Positions 13,238 through 25,560 are shown, numbered from the stretch's first letter. The stretch is DNA of 64,000 bases from the human T2T-CHM13v2.0 reference genome, Homo sapiens (GCF_009914755.1 NC_060935.1), one strand, 5' to 3'. The notes: a model not told the origin generated them from the sequence alone. Translations and numbers: made by a program.

Positions 13238-13839
13238 AGTATAGTTTATGTGGGTGTTTATTTGTTCATCATTGGTCTTTCTAGATTGTAGGCTTCACCA
13301 GGGTCAGAACTAGCTCTCATTCAGCAAGTGCTTAGAAGTACCAGGTACATAACTGGCAGACAATATACTGTTAATGAATGAATGTACCAGTTATGAATTT
13401 ATCTTCTTATTTGTAAAGTTCCAGAGATGTCTTTCCTGAAGGTAATGCAGATTATATAAGAATATGTATTAAAAGCAACTTGCACATAGTACATTTGTAA
13501 CACATGTCTCCATCCCTTTTTAGTATTTAAGCACATAAAAATGCATTTCTTGGCATTTAATGCTCCCTGTATGTTTAACTGTATACTGTAGAAATGAAGG
13601 CACTCTTCCTGTCTTTTAGGAATTTCTGTTTTAGTTATGAGGATATGATTAAGAGAGAGAGAACAGTTCTTCCTATTATCTATTCCAGCTTGATGAGTGT
13701 ATGATTCTCTGTAGATATAAAGAACTTTGTGCTTGAGCTCAAATACCTGGTACAGACAGATAACACAAAGAACATTCAGAGACTTGGACAATCATTTTGC
13801 TGCAGAGGTGGGTTATGGGAATGTAGAGGACAGAACCAA

Positions 13840-14070
13840 CAGTTATTGAATACTTCCTATGTTACAGACTTTGGCCCTGCATATAGTATCTCAGTTAATT
13901 ACATTTCACCTTCAGAGAAATCCTACTAAGTTAGTGATTTTTATCCCCATTGTGTAGGTCAGGCAATTGGACTCAGATTAAGTAAGTTGCCAACCTTATA
14001 TAGCCCAGAAGTGATGGAAATGGGATTTAGACCCAGGTCTTTATGATTTCAAAGTCTTTGCTCCTTCATT
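13840..14070 (-). mobile_element. MIR
   Basis: tttatccccattgtgtaggtcaggcaattggactcagattaagtaagttgcc...ggatttagacccaggtct. Confidence 0.6.
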
Positions 14071-16692
14071 CAACAAATATTTATTAAGGGCTTACCCTGT
14101 GTTTCCACAGTTACCACTGTGTTGATTAAGGAGACATGATATTTACATGTGGTACACCAAGTACCATCAGGAGACAGAATTTGTCTTTTTCTGGGTTTCC
14201 AGCTTCAAAGAATAGGTGATCCCAGTGGAAACATCAAAAGGTGATGGCAATTTCACCCAGTCCATCTTCCTAGAGAGCAAGGCGGTTCTTCTTGCTTCCT
14301 AATAGGAGTGGCCTCATGGAATGGCTCATTACAAAGATACTTTCCATGGGGCAGCTTTCAAAACTCATCTTCTCCTTAGAATCCTGGATGCCAGGCAGTG
14401 CTTCTGGCCATCCTTTTATGAGAAGAAATGGCTGGGGTAGGGGAAATATGTCAGTGTCTCATTACAGAAATTACCTCTTGATCAATTCAACACTACAAAA
14501 ATCTCCCTGAAAAAGAGGCAGCCACTTCTCAGGTGAGAGTCAGCATAGCTCCAGGCTTTTAATATTTATCTTGTACATGCTGCCTCATGGATTCAACAAC
14601 CACATCTGCTGAATTGCTCCAGAACTAAAAATGCTTGTGATGTGCTTTCAGGTTAAAATAACATTATTCTCTATTTTAAATATTATTATGTTGCCTTTAT
14701 AGGCAAAGTAAAAGCAAAAGCTCCTCACTTGTCAAACCTAATTTCTGGACCCTGGTGGATCCTTGTGGATAGTGCAAAAAAAAGTGCTGCTGATTAAATA
14801 GCAGAGGATGGAATCACTTGCTTGGTGCCTGGTACATAAGCCTCTAGCATTAGGTAATTCCTGTCTGAGACACAGAACACAAGCTGGGAATTTTTTCACT
14901 TCAAAACAGCATCCATTTGAGAAAAGCTGGCCAGTAGTGATAGGCTTATCTGAATCTTCTGATTGTCATAGATTTTCATTATCAGGATGGTTGACTACCC
15001 ACTCAATTTCCCTTTGATGCATTCTGAGCTGATTATGCTGTTACAATTTCAGAGGGTGAAAAATAAAAAAATGAGCCGAGGTGAACCAAAATAAGTTATA
15101 AGGATGCTTCAGGGGTTGAGTGTTCTGACAGTTTCTAAATAGTTGAGGCCTCAGGGAGACTTCATTCCAAAGCCTTTCACAGAGGCCAAGGCTCTCCTGT
15201 CTTTGTTTCTCTGTCTCTGTGTCTGTCTGGTGAACTTGGGTCTGAAACCTTTCCCTTACCTGGACATCACTGTCTCCTCTAACAGCTGAGGTGTCACTGG
15301 GAAGTGAAATTGATTACAACTTTTTAAAAATTCCACAGCTGTCGTTTTTACCTCAGCTGCTTCCCATAATTCCACAGATGGTAAACATATGTTTATAGGC
15401 ACATTGAAAAAGAAGCTATATTGGATGCCTCCCATCTTTAATTCTTATTTTTCCTTTCATGCAGAAAGTCAAAGTCATAGAACTGGGGAATCTTACACAT
15501 TTGAAGATTAATATTTCTGTGCATTAAGACTTTGGAAACAGCAGGACAGCTAATGATATGCTAATGAGCTGACAGTTTTTATTGATCATAATGAAAGTCG
15601 ACAAGTGTCTTTCTTGGCGGTTTTGCATGCTGGAATATTTTATTAACGTCTTCAGGGCAGAAGTACATGATTGGTTGCATTTTGAAAACCCTCCCTGTGA
15701 GTTTACAGGTCCTACTTTTTGTTAGCCTGTTTCCAAAGCTTGAGTCCCTGCCAGTTTATAAACAGAACACATCTTCATCCATATATTTACATGCCCAGCA
15801 GGAAACTCTCCCACCCCTTTTTCCTCTCTCTTTCAAAGCAATTTGTTTCAGTATTTTAGCATACAAAAAAATAGAACCATTTTCTTCAATGTAAACAGAG
15901 ATCTGCAGGGAAATAAGAGCGTTAAAAAAGAATTAGCATTTGTTTGGTGGTGAAGCTGCTTTTGTTTGTATCAGAAAGCTCTGCATGTTTAGAAGAGCTT
16001 GCTTAATCTTAGTTATTCCATACACAAGAGGGACCTAATTGGATAATTTTCTAATTTTTTAATTGCATCTTTCTATATTTCTTAATGCAAAATGAGAAAC
16101 GTTCTAGGAATAATAGAAATAATGGGCATTAGTTCCCTAAACATTAAAAATCCATAATATACAATGTACCTGGTGCAAATTTATTTTTCAGTGCATGGTG
16201 AGCTGACAGCAGGAGGTACAGGGTGGCAACAGGTGGATTAAACAAAAGGAAAAAAAATCCATTTTTCTGCCGTCCATCCGTACTAAATAGTAAGCTTATT
16301 AATTTTGGGCTCTGCACCTTAGGGATTTATTTAGGGCCTCAGATCAGCTGAGGTTCATCATTACACTAACAATAAGAAAATGGATTGTTTAGCAAATTAA
16401 TAGTGTAAATAAGATTACGGGGGGCGGGGGGATGGGGGGAAGAATATTAGGCTACCTAAAAAGACTTCTGTTTTCTAGCACTGAAAAACTGTCTTAGCAA
16501 ATTATTATTATCTAATACAAATAGTTTTGCATGTTTGATTGGTATCTATCTATTAAGGCAATCAAGATAAAATCTCATTTTGATAACAAGACCTCTTTGT
16601 AGCAACAAGTTGTTGGTTCATGTTAAGGGGATCCCTTAAATTATATATTTTTACCTACAGCATATTGTAGTGACCCAGCACTGGTTTTGGAG

Positions 16693-17294
16693 TGTTAATC
16701 GAAAAGTGTCTGGATCTGTCTCTAGCTAATGATAAACAAGTCTCAATCAATTTAGAAAAGTTTATTTTGCCAAGGTTAAGGATGCACCCATGACACAACT
16801 TCAGGAGGTCCTGAGGACATGTGCCCAAGGTGGTCCTCATGTATACCTTGCTTTATACATCTTAGGGAGACATAATACCTCCATCAGTACATGTAAGATT
16901 TACATTGGTTTGATCTGGAAGGGTAGGACAACCAGAAGGGTGGCAGCTTCCAGGTCATAGGTAGATTTAAAATTTTTCTGATCGGCTATTGGTTGAAAGC
17001 GTTATCAGTAGTAAAGAATGTCTGGGTTCTGATAAGGGGTTGTGGAGAAGAAGCTTTTATCATGCAGATGAAGCCTCTAAATAGCAGGCTTCAGGGAGAA
17101 TATATTGTAAATGTGTATCATTAGACTTAAGGTCTGTGTTGATGTAAATGCTGGAGAGGTTTAATGAAGCATGTTCAACTCCTTTTCCATCATGGTCTGA
17201 ACTAGATTTCCGGGTTAACTCTGGAATGCCCTTGGCGGAGAGAAGGGGGTTCATTCAGATGGTTGGGGGCTTAGAACTTTATTTTTGGTTTTCA
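16693..17294 (-). mobile_element. MER4-family ERV1 solo LTR
   Basis: TG...CA ends; gtctcaatcaatttagaaaagtttattttgccaaggttaagga MER4 motif; 4-bp TSD ggag/agag. Confidence 0.85.
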
Positions 17295-17864
17295 AGAGTT
17301 AGTAGCCCTGTAGTATATAGCCTAGGATTAAGGTATCCTTTAGAAAAGCTACTTAGAGTATCAAAGCCTTAAATTTCTCATAGGTCATATGACCAGGTAA
17401 TCTGGTCCTAGATAAGTAGTTCTTATGGAAAGTATCAAAATGACCTCAGACAGTTTTCAAAATAGTCATGACTGTTCTTTCAACCTCTTCCAAAATTCTG
17501 ATATATACCCTAAATTAAAAACTATTGCCCCACATGATCTTCACAGATCCTAACTGTGCTCAAAATTATGTGGTTCAGTATTGTATAATTCATAGTTTTC
17601 AATAATTTGATGCTTTAGAATATTTATTGTGTTTACTATGTGAAATCTACTACAATAGGAACTTCAGGGGATACTAAGATGAAAATCTATTATCTTTGGT
17701 GTTTATAATACAGTCTAGTAATTCTGTTGGGTTTTATTCAGTTCCAAATCAGTAAGATTTTACTCTATTTATATATGAGTTGGATGCAATAATTTTAACC
17801 ATTGTGAACTTTTAATGAGTAAATGCTCTTGCTCCAAAAGAAGCAAATGGTTGACAATAAAGCA

Positions 17865-18052
17865 GAATTTTTCAAAGTGAGGTCCTTTTACCATTCATCA
17901 GAATCATCTGGAAGAGGTTTTGTTTAAAAAATGAATATTCCTGGGCCCACTCCAATCCTACTGAAACAGGATCCTTTGGGTTGACACAAGAATCTGAATG
18001 TTAAGCAGACACTCAAGGTGATTCTCAGGAACTTGAAGTTTGAGAAACACTG
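17865..18052. mobile_element. MER5A/B
   Basis: tttcaaagtg...catcagaatcatctgg...ttcctgggccc...aagtttgagaaacactg. Confidence 0.7.
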
Positions 18053-18274
18053 CCAAAATGAATAATATGAAATAAAGCATATGTCTGAAAAAAGGAGATC
18101 AAATGAGGTCAGCTAATACAGGCCCAGATAGAGTTGCATTTTTCAGTTAAATGTAGATACATTTAGAGTTAAATGAGGAGAAATAATAAAAATTTTGTCT
18201 TTTTATCCCTTATCTCCCTTGGGAGAAGTTGTAGTGCTGAAAGGCACATTTTCATCTGTGGAAATCCTCATAGA

Positions 18275-18276
<2 letters not shown>

Positions 18277-18337
<61 letters not shown>
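18277..18337. repeat. (AT)22 microsatellite fused to a T-run
   Basis: Read directly from the sequence. Confidence 0.97.
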
Positions 18338-19227
18338 GAGAGGAATAAGGCTGATTGAGCTCCTTTGTAGTTTTATGCATTATAAAATCCCTTTTGTAGT
18401 TTTATGAAGGAAACTACATGCTTAGCAAATGCTTCTTTTATCAGCAAATGTCCTGGCAGTAAATTGTCCATATAGCAATTTAATGCCAGACCTTCTGATT
18501 CTTATTCTGGGGAAGGTGCTGGGATATACATAAATGTGTGTAGTCACATGCATACACACACATGCACTCAGACATCTTTAGATTATAAGTGGTATCTGTA
18601 GGGTATCACCACTTTTCTTTTAATCCAGCATTGACTTACAACCATTCAAATAAATTAACATTCCCATCTTGATTCATTTGGTAAGAACACATTTTCATGC
18701 CAGTATGTGGGCTCACCTCTATGACCTTTCCTTATAAAAAATACCAAGTGCTTTGGGTTTTTGTGTTAATGAGCATTGGGAAGCTGTCAGCTTTTATTTC
18801 TGTTTTTTGTTCAAGTCAACATCATTGACCTTCACCTAATGATCTATGTAACATACACACGCAGGTACCACAGATTAAAAGTGGAAAGACAGGGAAGTAA
18901 GGAGAGATGCACATAGAGGAAAGGTGTGAGAGCAGGTGATTTGTAAATCATAATGTCACTAAAATGAGTAAGATCACTTGAAAAGGAAAAGGAAAACTGC
19001 TGTGTGCTGTATTTTCTTGCTTTAGGATTAGCGGGATGGGGTATTATTTTAAAATGAGTTTTCAGTTTGGTTTTGGAAAGGTATTTAACACCATGACACA
19101 TGTGCTCCAGGATTCTGGGTACCCTTTTCCATGGATGATAAAAATAAAAATAATCTAGGGTCTTCTGATGAACAGGTATGGATCCTATCCTTTTCTGTAC
19201 ATATACTTCCACCAATTCTGCATCGCC

Positions 19228-19300
19228 TGGGGTAACCAGCTGTCCTGGTTTGCCTAGGAGCCTCTGTTTTAGCGCTGAATTTTTCCATGTTCCAGGAAAT
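19228..19300. mobile_element. MER81/MER94-like hAT-Blackjack fragment
   Basis: ggggtaaccagctgtcctggtttgcctagga...ttttagcgctgaa. Confidence 0.5.
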
Positions 19301-20783
19301 CCATAAGATGGAAATCTATAGTTTTGTCTGTTTACATTCTTTTATTATTATTATTATTATTTGAAAAGTAATGAAAGCATAGATGTCTAAAATGTGACAA
19401 TTTCAGTTTGGAGGCCTGTTTCATTGACCTAGAACATGAGTGCTGGGTGGATCTTTAGGTTTTTCATCTAGCACTTCTTTTCCAGATGAAGCAACTGGGG
19501 CTCATAGAAGGTGGCTAACTTATTGCCTAAGTCTGTGCAGTTAGCTGGAGACAGATCCAGAACTTGAAACCAGGTTCCCTGACTTCTAATCCATGCTTGT
19601 CTCAAATTGCCACATGTGCTTGAAGGTGTGATAGCCTCTCAAAGAGTTAATTTGCTTTGAAAGACTGAGTAATCTCATCCCAGAGAGAAGTTAATTCATT
19701 TAGATTGTGCTCCATTAATTGCTCCCTGGTATTCCTCTGCAAGAGATTATGAATTAATATTGAGGAGCAGTGGCAGAAACTTCTTCCCCATGGGGAGGCT
19801 GTCTTCTCTCATAATCGCAAACACTGCATCATCCTTGAAGAGGAAGAGGTTAATAAACATATAATTCTGTGGAAGAGGTGCTGTGATCCTGTTATTTCTA
19901 TTAATATTTCCAATTAATATTTTTTTCTTGAAATAATAAGCCAAAAACTGCATTTGCTGATTGCCTTCTGCTGTTTAGAAGATAAGCACATATATGTTAA
20001 ATGTTACTCCCTCTGAAAGACTTGCAGCACTCTCTTAAGTCTATATTTTATTTATAGAATAAGCTCAGTATTCTGAACCAGCTTCTACATCTTCCATCTG
20101 TTCTGTAATATCTCTGCCATCAAATCAGAAAAAACCCTAACAACAGAATCTTGAAATTCAACTTGAAAAATTCAAAAGTCAAGTCAATATTTTCATTGAG
20201 AGATGACAGCCCTGATGACTTTCTTAAATTTGAGCTATTCTTCCAGACTGAATTACAGAATTAAAAGACCACCTTTTACTCTTAAGACTCATCAACAAAG
20301 ACTCATGTTACTCAATTAGTTGAAGAGCAAGGATTGTTATGGAATTTTCCCAATGTCTAATTTTATTTCCTTCGCTAAATGAATCAGTAGAAAAATTTTA
20401 GCGTAATATGTTTCTATTATATTTCTTCCCACTTTAAAAAAATCCTGTAAATCAGCAATATTTAATATTCCAGGATGATTAGGGCATTAAGGAGAATTTT
20501 TATTGAATCAGTGCTTTTTACTGATGTGTCTTTGGTGTTATAATCTATAATTGGCATTAACTAGTGGTAACTAATTGGAGCTTTCTCCACATAAATGTAC
20601 AATTTGAGATTCCTAAAGTAGGATGCTTTAGAGTAGTTCAGTATATACTAAGGCCAGCTCACCCTTTGAATGAATCAATTTTGTTGAAAAATAATCTGAC
20701 CTGCCAAGAGTATGTGATTGCATAGGGGACATTTGAGCTGGTGACTGTAATCTTGATTGCCACCTGTCTCTTCTATTATCAAG

Positions 20784-20856
20784 GGGATCATCCAAGATGG
20801 GAAGATCATCTTTATGCCGAATGGATATATAACACAGTGTCCAAATCTAAATCACA
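20784..20856 (+). CDS. NELL1: NELL1 coding exon (~exon 6), end of TSPN/LamG domain: GIIQDGKIIFMPNGYITQCPNLNH(T)
   Basis: Acceptor ttctattatcaAG, donor A|GTAAGT; 73 nt, phase 0-1; translation matches recalled NELL1 and splices in frame to the next exon. Missed by the ORF track. Confidence 0.96.
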
Positions 20857-21041
20857 GTAAGTAGCAACTTAAAGCATTGTGATATATTATATAACTTGTT
20901 GATTGTATCAGAGAAACACATCTGGAAAGATAGACCCAAATTGTTTACAGTGTTGACTTCTGAGGTGCTGGAGATAGTGAAAGAGAACTTATTATCTACA
21001 TTATATAATTCTGTGTCTTTAAAAAAATATGTATCATTTAT

Positions 21042-21408
21042 TGTATTAATCCGTTTTCTCACTGCTGATAAAGACATACCCTAGACTGGGTAATTTATAA
21101 AGGAAAGAGGTTTAATTGACTCACAGTTCCACATGGATGGGGAGGCCTCGCAATCATAGTGGAAGGCAAAACAGGAGCAAAGTCACATCTTACATGGTGG
21201 CAGCCAAAGAGAATGAGAGCCAAGTGAAAGGTGAAACCCCTTATAAAACCATCAGATCTTGTGAGACTTATTCACTACCATAAGAATAGTATGGGAGTAA
21301 CTGCCTTCATGATTCAATTATTTCCAACTGGGTCCCTCCCACATGTGGGAATTATGGGAGCTACAATTCAAGATGAGATTTGAGTGGGGATGCAGCCAAC
21401 CCATATCA
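21042..21408 (-). mobile_element. THE1 (THE1C/D-like) MaLR solo LTR, perfect 5-bp TSD TTTAT
   Basis: Reverse complement starts TGATATGGGTTGGCTGCATCCCCACTCAAATCTCATCTTGAATTGTAGCTCCC; 367 bp; TTTAT at 21037-21041 and 21409-21413. Confidence 0.93.
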
Positions 21409-21853
21409 TTTATTGAACTAAAATTTGAAAAGAAGAGGGTTACATTAGCAGATTCTATAGGTGGATATAGAAAGATATGTTTAATATATATTTTTAAAAA
21501 CTATTCCTTAAGATTCTTGACCTGGATGAGAGTTTACTTTTTCTTCTTCTATGATACTTCACATTTTTTAAGTTACCTCCCTATAAAAATGAGAGTTTAA
21601 TTTTAACTTTAAAATGTCATGTTGCCTTTCTTTTTAGTTAACAATGCCTTTTTCCTGTTCCTTTCTTTTTGCTTATTAAAGTAGGAAAAGATCCAGACCT
21701 GAAATCCTCTGTGATTTCACTCAAATTTCAAAGCAATGTCAACCAAAAAAACCCCAAAAACTCTTCTACATAGTCACGTATCTACTGTTTTAAAATTTTA
21801 TTTCTTATATTAGCACAATATAAATATATATGTTTTATATTTTCTTTATTGAG

Positions 21854-21936
21854 CTTGCCCAACCTGCAGTGATTTCTTAAGCCTGGTGCAAGGAATAATG
21901 GATTTACAAGAGCTTTTGGCCAAGATGACTGCAAAA
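21854..21936 (+). CDS. NELL1: NELL1 coding exon (~exon 7), CxxC plus coiled coil: (T)CPTCSDFLSLVQGIMDLQELLAKMTAK
   Basis: Acceptor ttttctttattgAG, donor AAA|GTAGGT; 83 nt, phase 1-0; heptad-like helix after CPTC. Missed by the ORF track. Confidence 0.96.
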
Positions 21937-23634
21937 GTAGGTATCTAAATTTCATTTGTGATGTTTCATTTCTTTTTCTGTCCTATCTGGAATTTGGAGT
22001 GATATGTTATAATGGAAACATTTTTAGCCTCGGCATCTGCTATATGTTACTACAAAAATGTTTTATTCTTACTCAAAATAGGACTACCAATAGTAAACAT
22101 AACCATTCCTGTCTTTGATGCTATTAAGCTGTATCATAATGTTTACTTGAAAAATGCTTGGAAGCAAGAGGCAATATGTATCACTGTAGATTCCATGGGA
22201 GTGGAAAAGGAATTTTCCTATTGGCTATTAAAGTAGTAACACTGTAAGATGATCTATGGTCAGAGCCACTGCTCTTATAAGCTAATGCATTTTGGATGTA
22301 AGAATAATTGCCAGTAATCGGAAGGGGCAAAATAGCTATTGTTAGGAACAGATTACTGTCAAAAGAAGGCATTATATTACATTTTTAATGTATAATTTAT
22401 TTCAAGGCTGGTCCTGAGTTAAATAGCAAAGGAGGCAAAGTTTGCCTTTCAACACCTTCGGTTTTATAATTCCGCACCTTTTCCTCCTCTCCATTCCATC
22501 ATCCACTTAACAAGCATCTTTTGAGGACCTGCCGTTTGCTGGGCACTGTGTTAGGCACAAAGAGGCAATAGTGAAAAAGACACGCTTTCTACCCTAGATA
22601 TGTTCATACTGAGTGGCGGAGCCAAATGTGTAAACAACTAAGGGCTTTAATATATATTCATAAAGTGTATATTCATAATGAAAAGCCCTGAGCCTTGTTG
22701 AAAAAGACACTGAAAATATAGAAAATATGGCTAATGCTGTTGTTATGATACCAATCAGTTGTGGACATGAGTTCCAGCCTAGGGCGAAGAAAGAATTAGG
22801 TTGGGCCTAAGAGACATTATACTCTGCAAAAAGAAGAATTTTAATAACAATGAAAATGATACATTAATCCTATTGTACCTGCAGCTAAGACTGCTCCCTA
22901 CCATCAGCCATGGCATGTGCAAAAAAATTGGTGGGTAGATAAGTGTTTGCAAGATAAGGCTATAGTTTGGACCCATGGATTGTGCTGCTGAAGACAATGT
23001 TTCTATTTCAAACTGGGTTTTTGGCTAAGGCAAACCCCTTTTTGTCTGGAAAGGAGAGATGGAAAACTTTTGTAAGAAAACAATTGAGACTGAGGCCCAG
23101 ATCTGAAGCATTAGCTTTTCGCTTCAGAGTATAGTGGGAATGTGAAACGCAGGTGATTATTTACCTTCCCAGCTTGTGTTATAGAGAGGCTTTTATTTCA
23201 TATTGTCTGGAGCAGCTTGATCTCAATACTGTTAATTATATTTTAGCATGCTACCAAAGTTTTGGAACAAGAAACATGCCACTCTGTCTCAGGTGATTGT
23301 GGTTCTTCATTCTCCAGCTTCGAGGGCGTCGTTTGCTTTCTCATTCTTTCCCATTGCAGAGAATGTCATTTTTCTCTTTTTAGCCACACATCATCTAGGA
23401 GCCACAGAGAGCTCTCTTCTCAAAACATTATTGTGTAAAATGGGCCTTTGTGAGGTAGGTATTTAATTGTGGGCAGTTGCAAACAGCAAATTTTTTAATC
23501 CATCTTCTAAACCTCCCTTTGGCACTTTGGCAGATTTTTAGGTCTGTTCCTTCCAAACAGTATGTAGAATTACAATTTGAAAACTGAGTACTTCCATCTT
23601 TGCTGTGTAATTTGAAATCTATGATCATCTAGAA

Positions 23635-23857
23635 TAAGCATTGGCAAACTTTTTCTGTAAAGGACCAGCTAGTAAATTTTGGGCCTTGCAAGCCAAGAGG
23701 CAAAATCAAGGATATTATGTGTAGACTTAGTTCATTTAAGTATAATAATTTAAATTATAACTATTGAAAACTATAAGAACCATTCTTAGCTTATAGGACA
23801 TACAAAAGTAAGTAGAGGGCCAGATTTGGTCCACTGGCCTTAGTTTGTCAACCATTG
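23635..23857. mobile_element. MER58-family hAT-Charlie MITE
   Basis: ttggcaaactttttctgtaaagg...gggccagatttgg...tagtttgtcaacc. Confidence 0.75.
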
Positions 23858-23879
23858 ATCTAAAAGAAATGGAAAAGTC

Positions 23880-24090
23880 AGTAATACAAGCATTTACTAT
23901 GTATTAGTTAAAATGCTTAAGCTTTTATATCCCCTGTCACTTTAATCTTTACCACAATCCTTTGAGCTTGCTTTAATTCATTAGTCTGCTTTACAGATGA
24001 GATGACTGAGGTCCAGGAAGGTCTGATAACTTTTCCTAAGAGAGTAGATGGCAGAGCTGGGACCTAAACTCAGGTAGTTAGATCCTGAAA
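23880..24090 (-). mobile_element. MIR
   Basis: tttacagatgagatgactgagg core. Confidence 0.6.
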
Positions 24091-25309
24091 GTTGAATCAT
24101 GGCTGAGAAAGTTCATGGTTTGACAAGAAAGGGTTAAGAAGAGAGATAAAAGCTATAAATAGGGAGTAATATTACTCTTTCTAACCCTCACCATCCACTG
24201 GCAGGAGGATGGAGATATTACCAAGAAAGAGCAAATAAAAAAGAAAGGAAAAGAGAAATGAATGTTTGATCATTTTATTGAGCTGAACTAAAGTTTTCAG
24301 ATCATACCTGTTTGGAATGAAATGTGTGAACATAGAACTTGTAGTAACTTTTCAAAGAAGAAGGTTATGGCAAGAGCAAGGTCTCTTTTTTATTGTGTGT
24401 TTTTTTTTTTTTTTTTTTAAGAACAGTGTCTCTTAATGCACGCTTTTGGCTATGAGCTGCTTGTTTTCCTTGGAAATAGTGAAAATTATTTGACATTATT
24501 TACTTAAGTATTTTCAAACCAGATTGCTCAGAATCAGACTGCTACACCTAGGAAAGGCCAGGTGAAGTCTCAGGAAAGGATTCTTTAAGGATTTTCAAGG
24601 AAGATTTTTTTTTCCTTCTAGCTGGTGCCAAGGTCTGAACATGAAAGTTTTCTTTCTGTGCCTTGAGCAAGCCTCCTTCTTTTTGTTCACTCTAACACTG
24701 AGGGTATCTCATGTTAGGCCAAATCTTTATATAGGGGTTTGCTTTAAGGTACCCATCTTGGGAAGATACTTTTCCCCAACTCTGTCCCCCTATACCCTGT
24801 GCAACCATCAGGGTGGAAGCTCAGGGGCTCTACATTGCATCAAAAATCTTCAGGATGTTGTTGTCTTTGGTGCTCACTTATTTCCTGGGATCCCTGCAGT
24901 CACTTTGTTTTGGCCTCTGTGACTTTGTTTCTTCCTTTTGTATTAGCTCTGTGACAATTTTCAAAAGTTTTTATTTATATATTGAATACAGCAGTTTAGT
25001 TGGTTCAGTTGGTGAAGTCCTTCAGGTTATGTAGTCTGCCGTCTTGGTGGAGGCGAAAATGTAACTCACTTTTTTGGCAGGTGGAAGGAGATGGAGTCTG
25101 GAAATGTCAGGCAAACTTGAAGTTGAATATGGTTCGCAGATGCAAAAAGAATTCTATGGCACTAAATTTATCTGGGCCCAGTCTTTATTTTTAATTAAAT
25201 AGGCCGATTGTGGCAGAATTCAGTTAATAGGGCTGGAGGTAATTTTTGGAGTTTTGATTTGAGTTGTCCAGCAGTTCCGATTAAGATGGGTAGACAGTCA
25301 TATAGGTCA

Positions 25310-25560
25310 TAGTGGAGATAGAGAATGGGCTTTAAAGTCAGGCTGATATGATTCTGAGTCACTATTTTATAATTTCCTTGGATATTTATAGCTTTGAGTA
25401 AGTTATTCGACTTGTTTCAGCATCTGTTTCCCCATATGTAAAATGGTGACAATTATTCCTGCTCTTGTAAAGATTCCGTGAGCCCAGGCAAATGAGGTTT
25501 GTTGCACGGCACACAAATGTCATTCAATAGGTGGTGGCTGCTGCTGTTTATACTCTTAAA
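25310..25560 (+). mobile_element. MIR
   Basis: gggctttaaagtcagg...tctgtttccccatatgtaaaatgg. Confidence 0.6.

Larger units (their letters stand above)
12150..13385 (+). mobile_element. L2 remnant interrupted by MLT1 and MER45A
   Basis: cagccacact...ttccttgaacat...agggccttt; 3' end gttaatgaatgaatg. Confidence 0.55.

Noticed and set aside
18195-18407. ORF with (IY)n and F-run
   Set aside because: Translation of the (AT)n/T microsatellite
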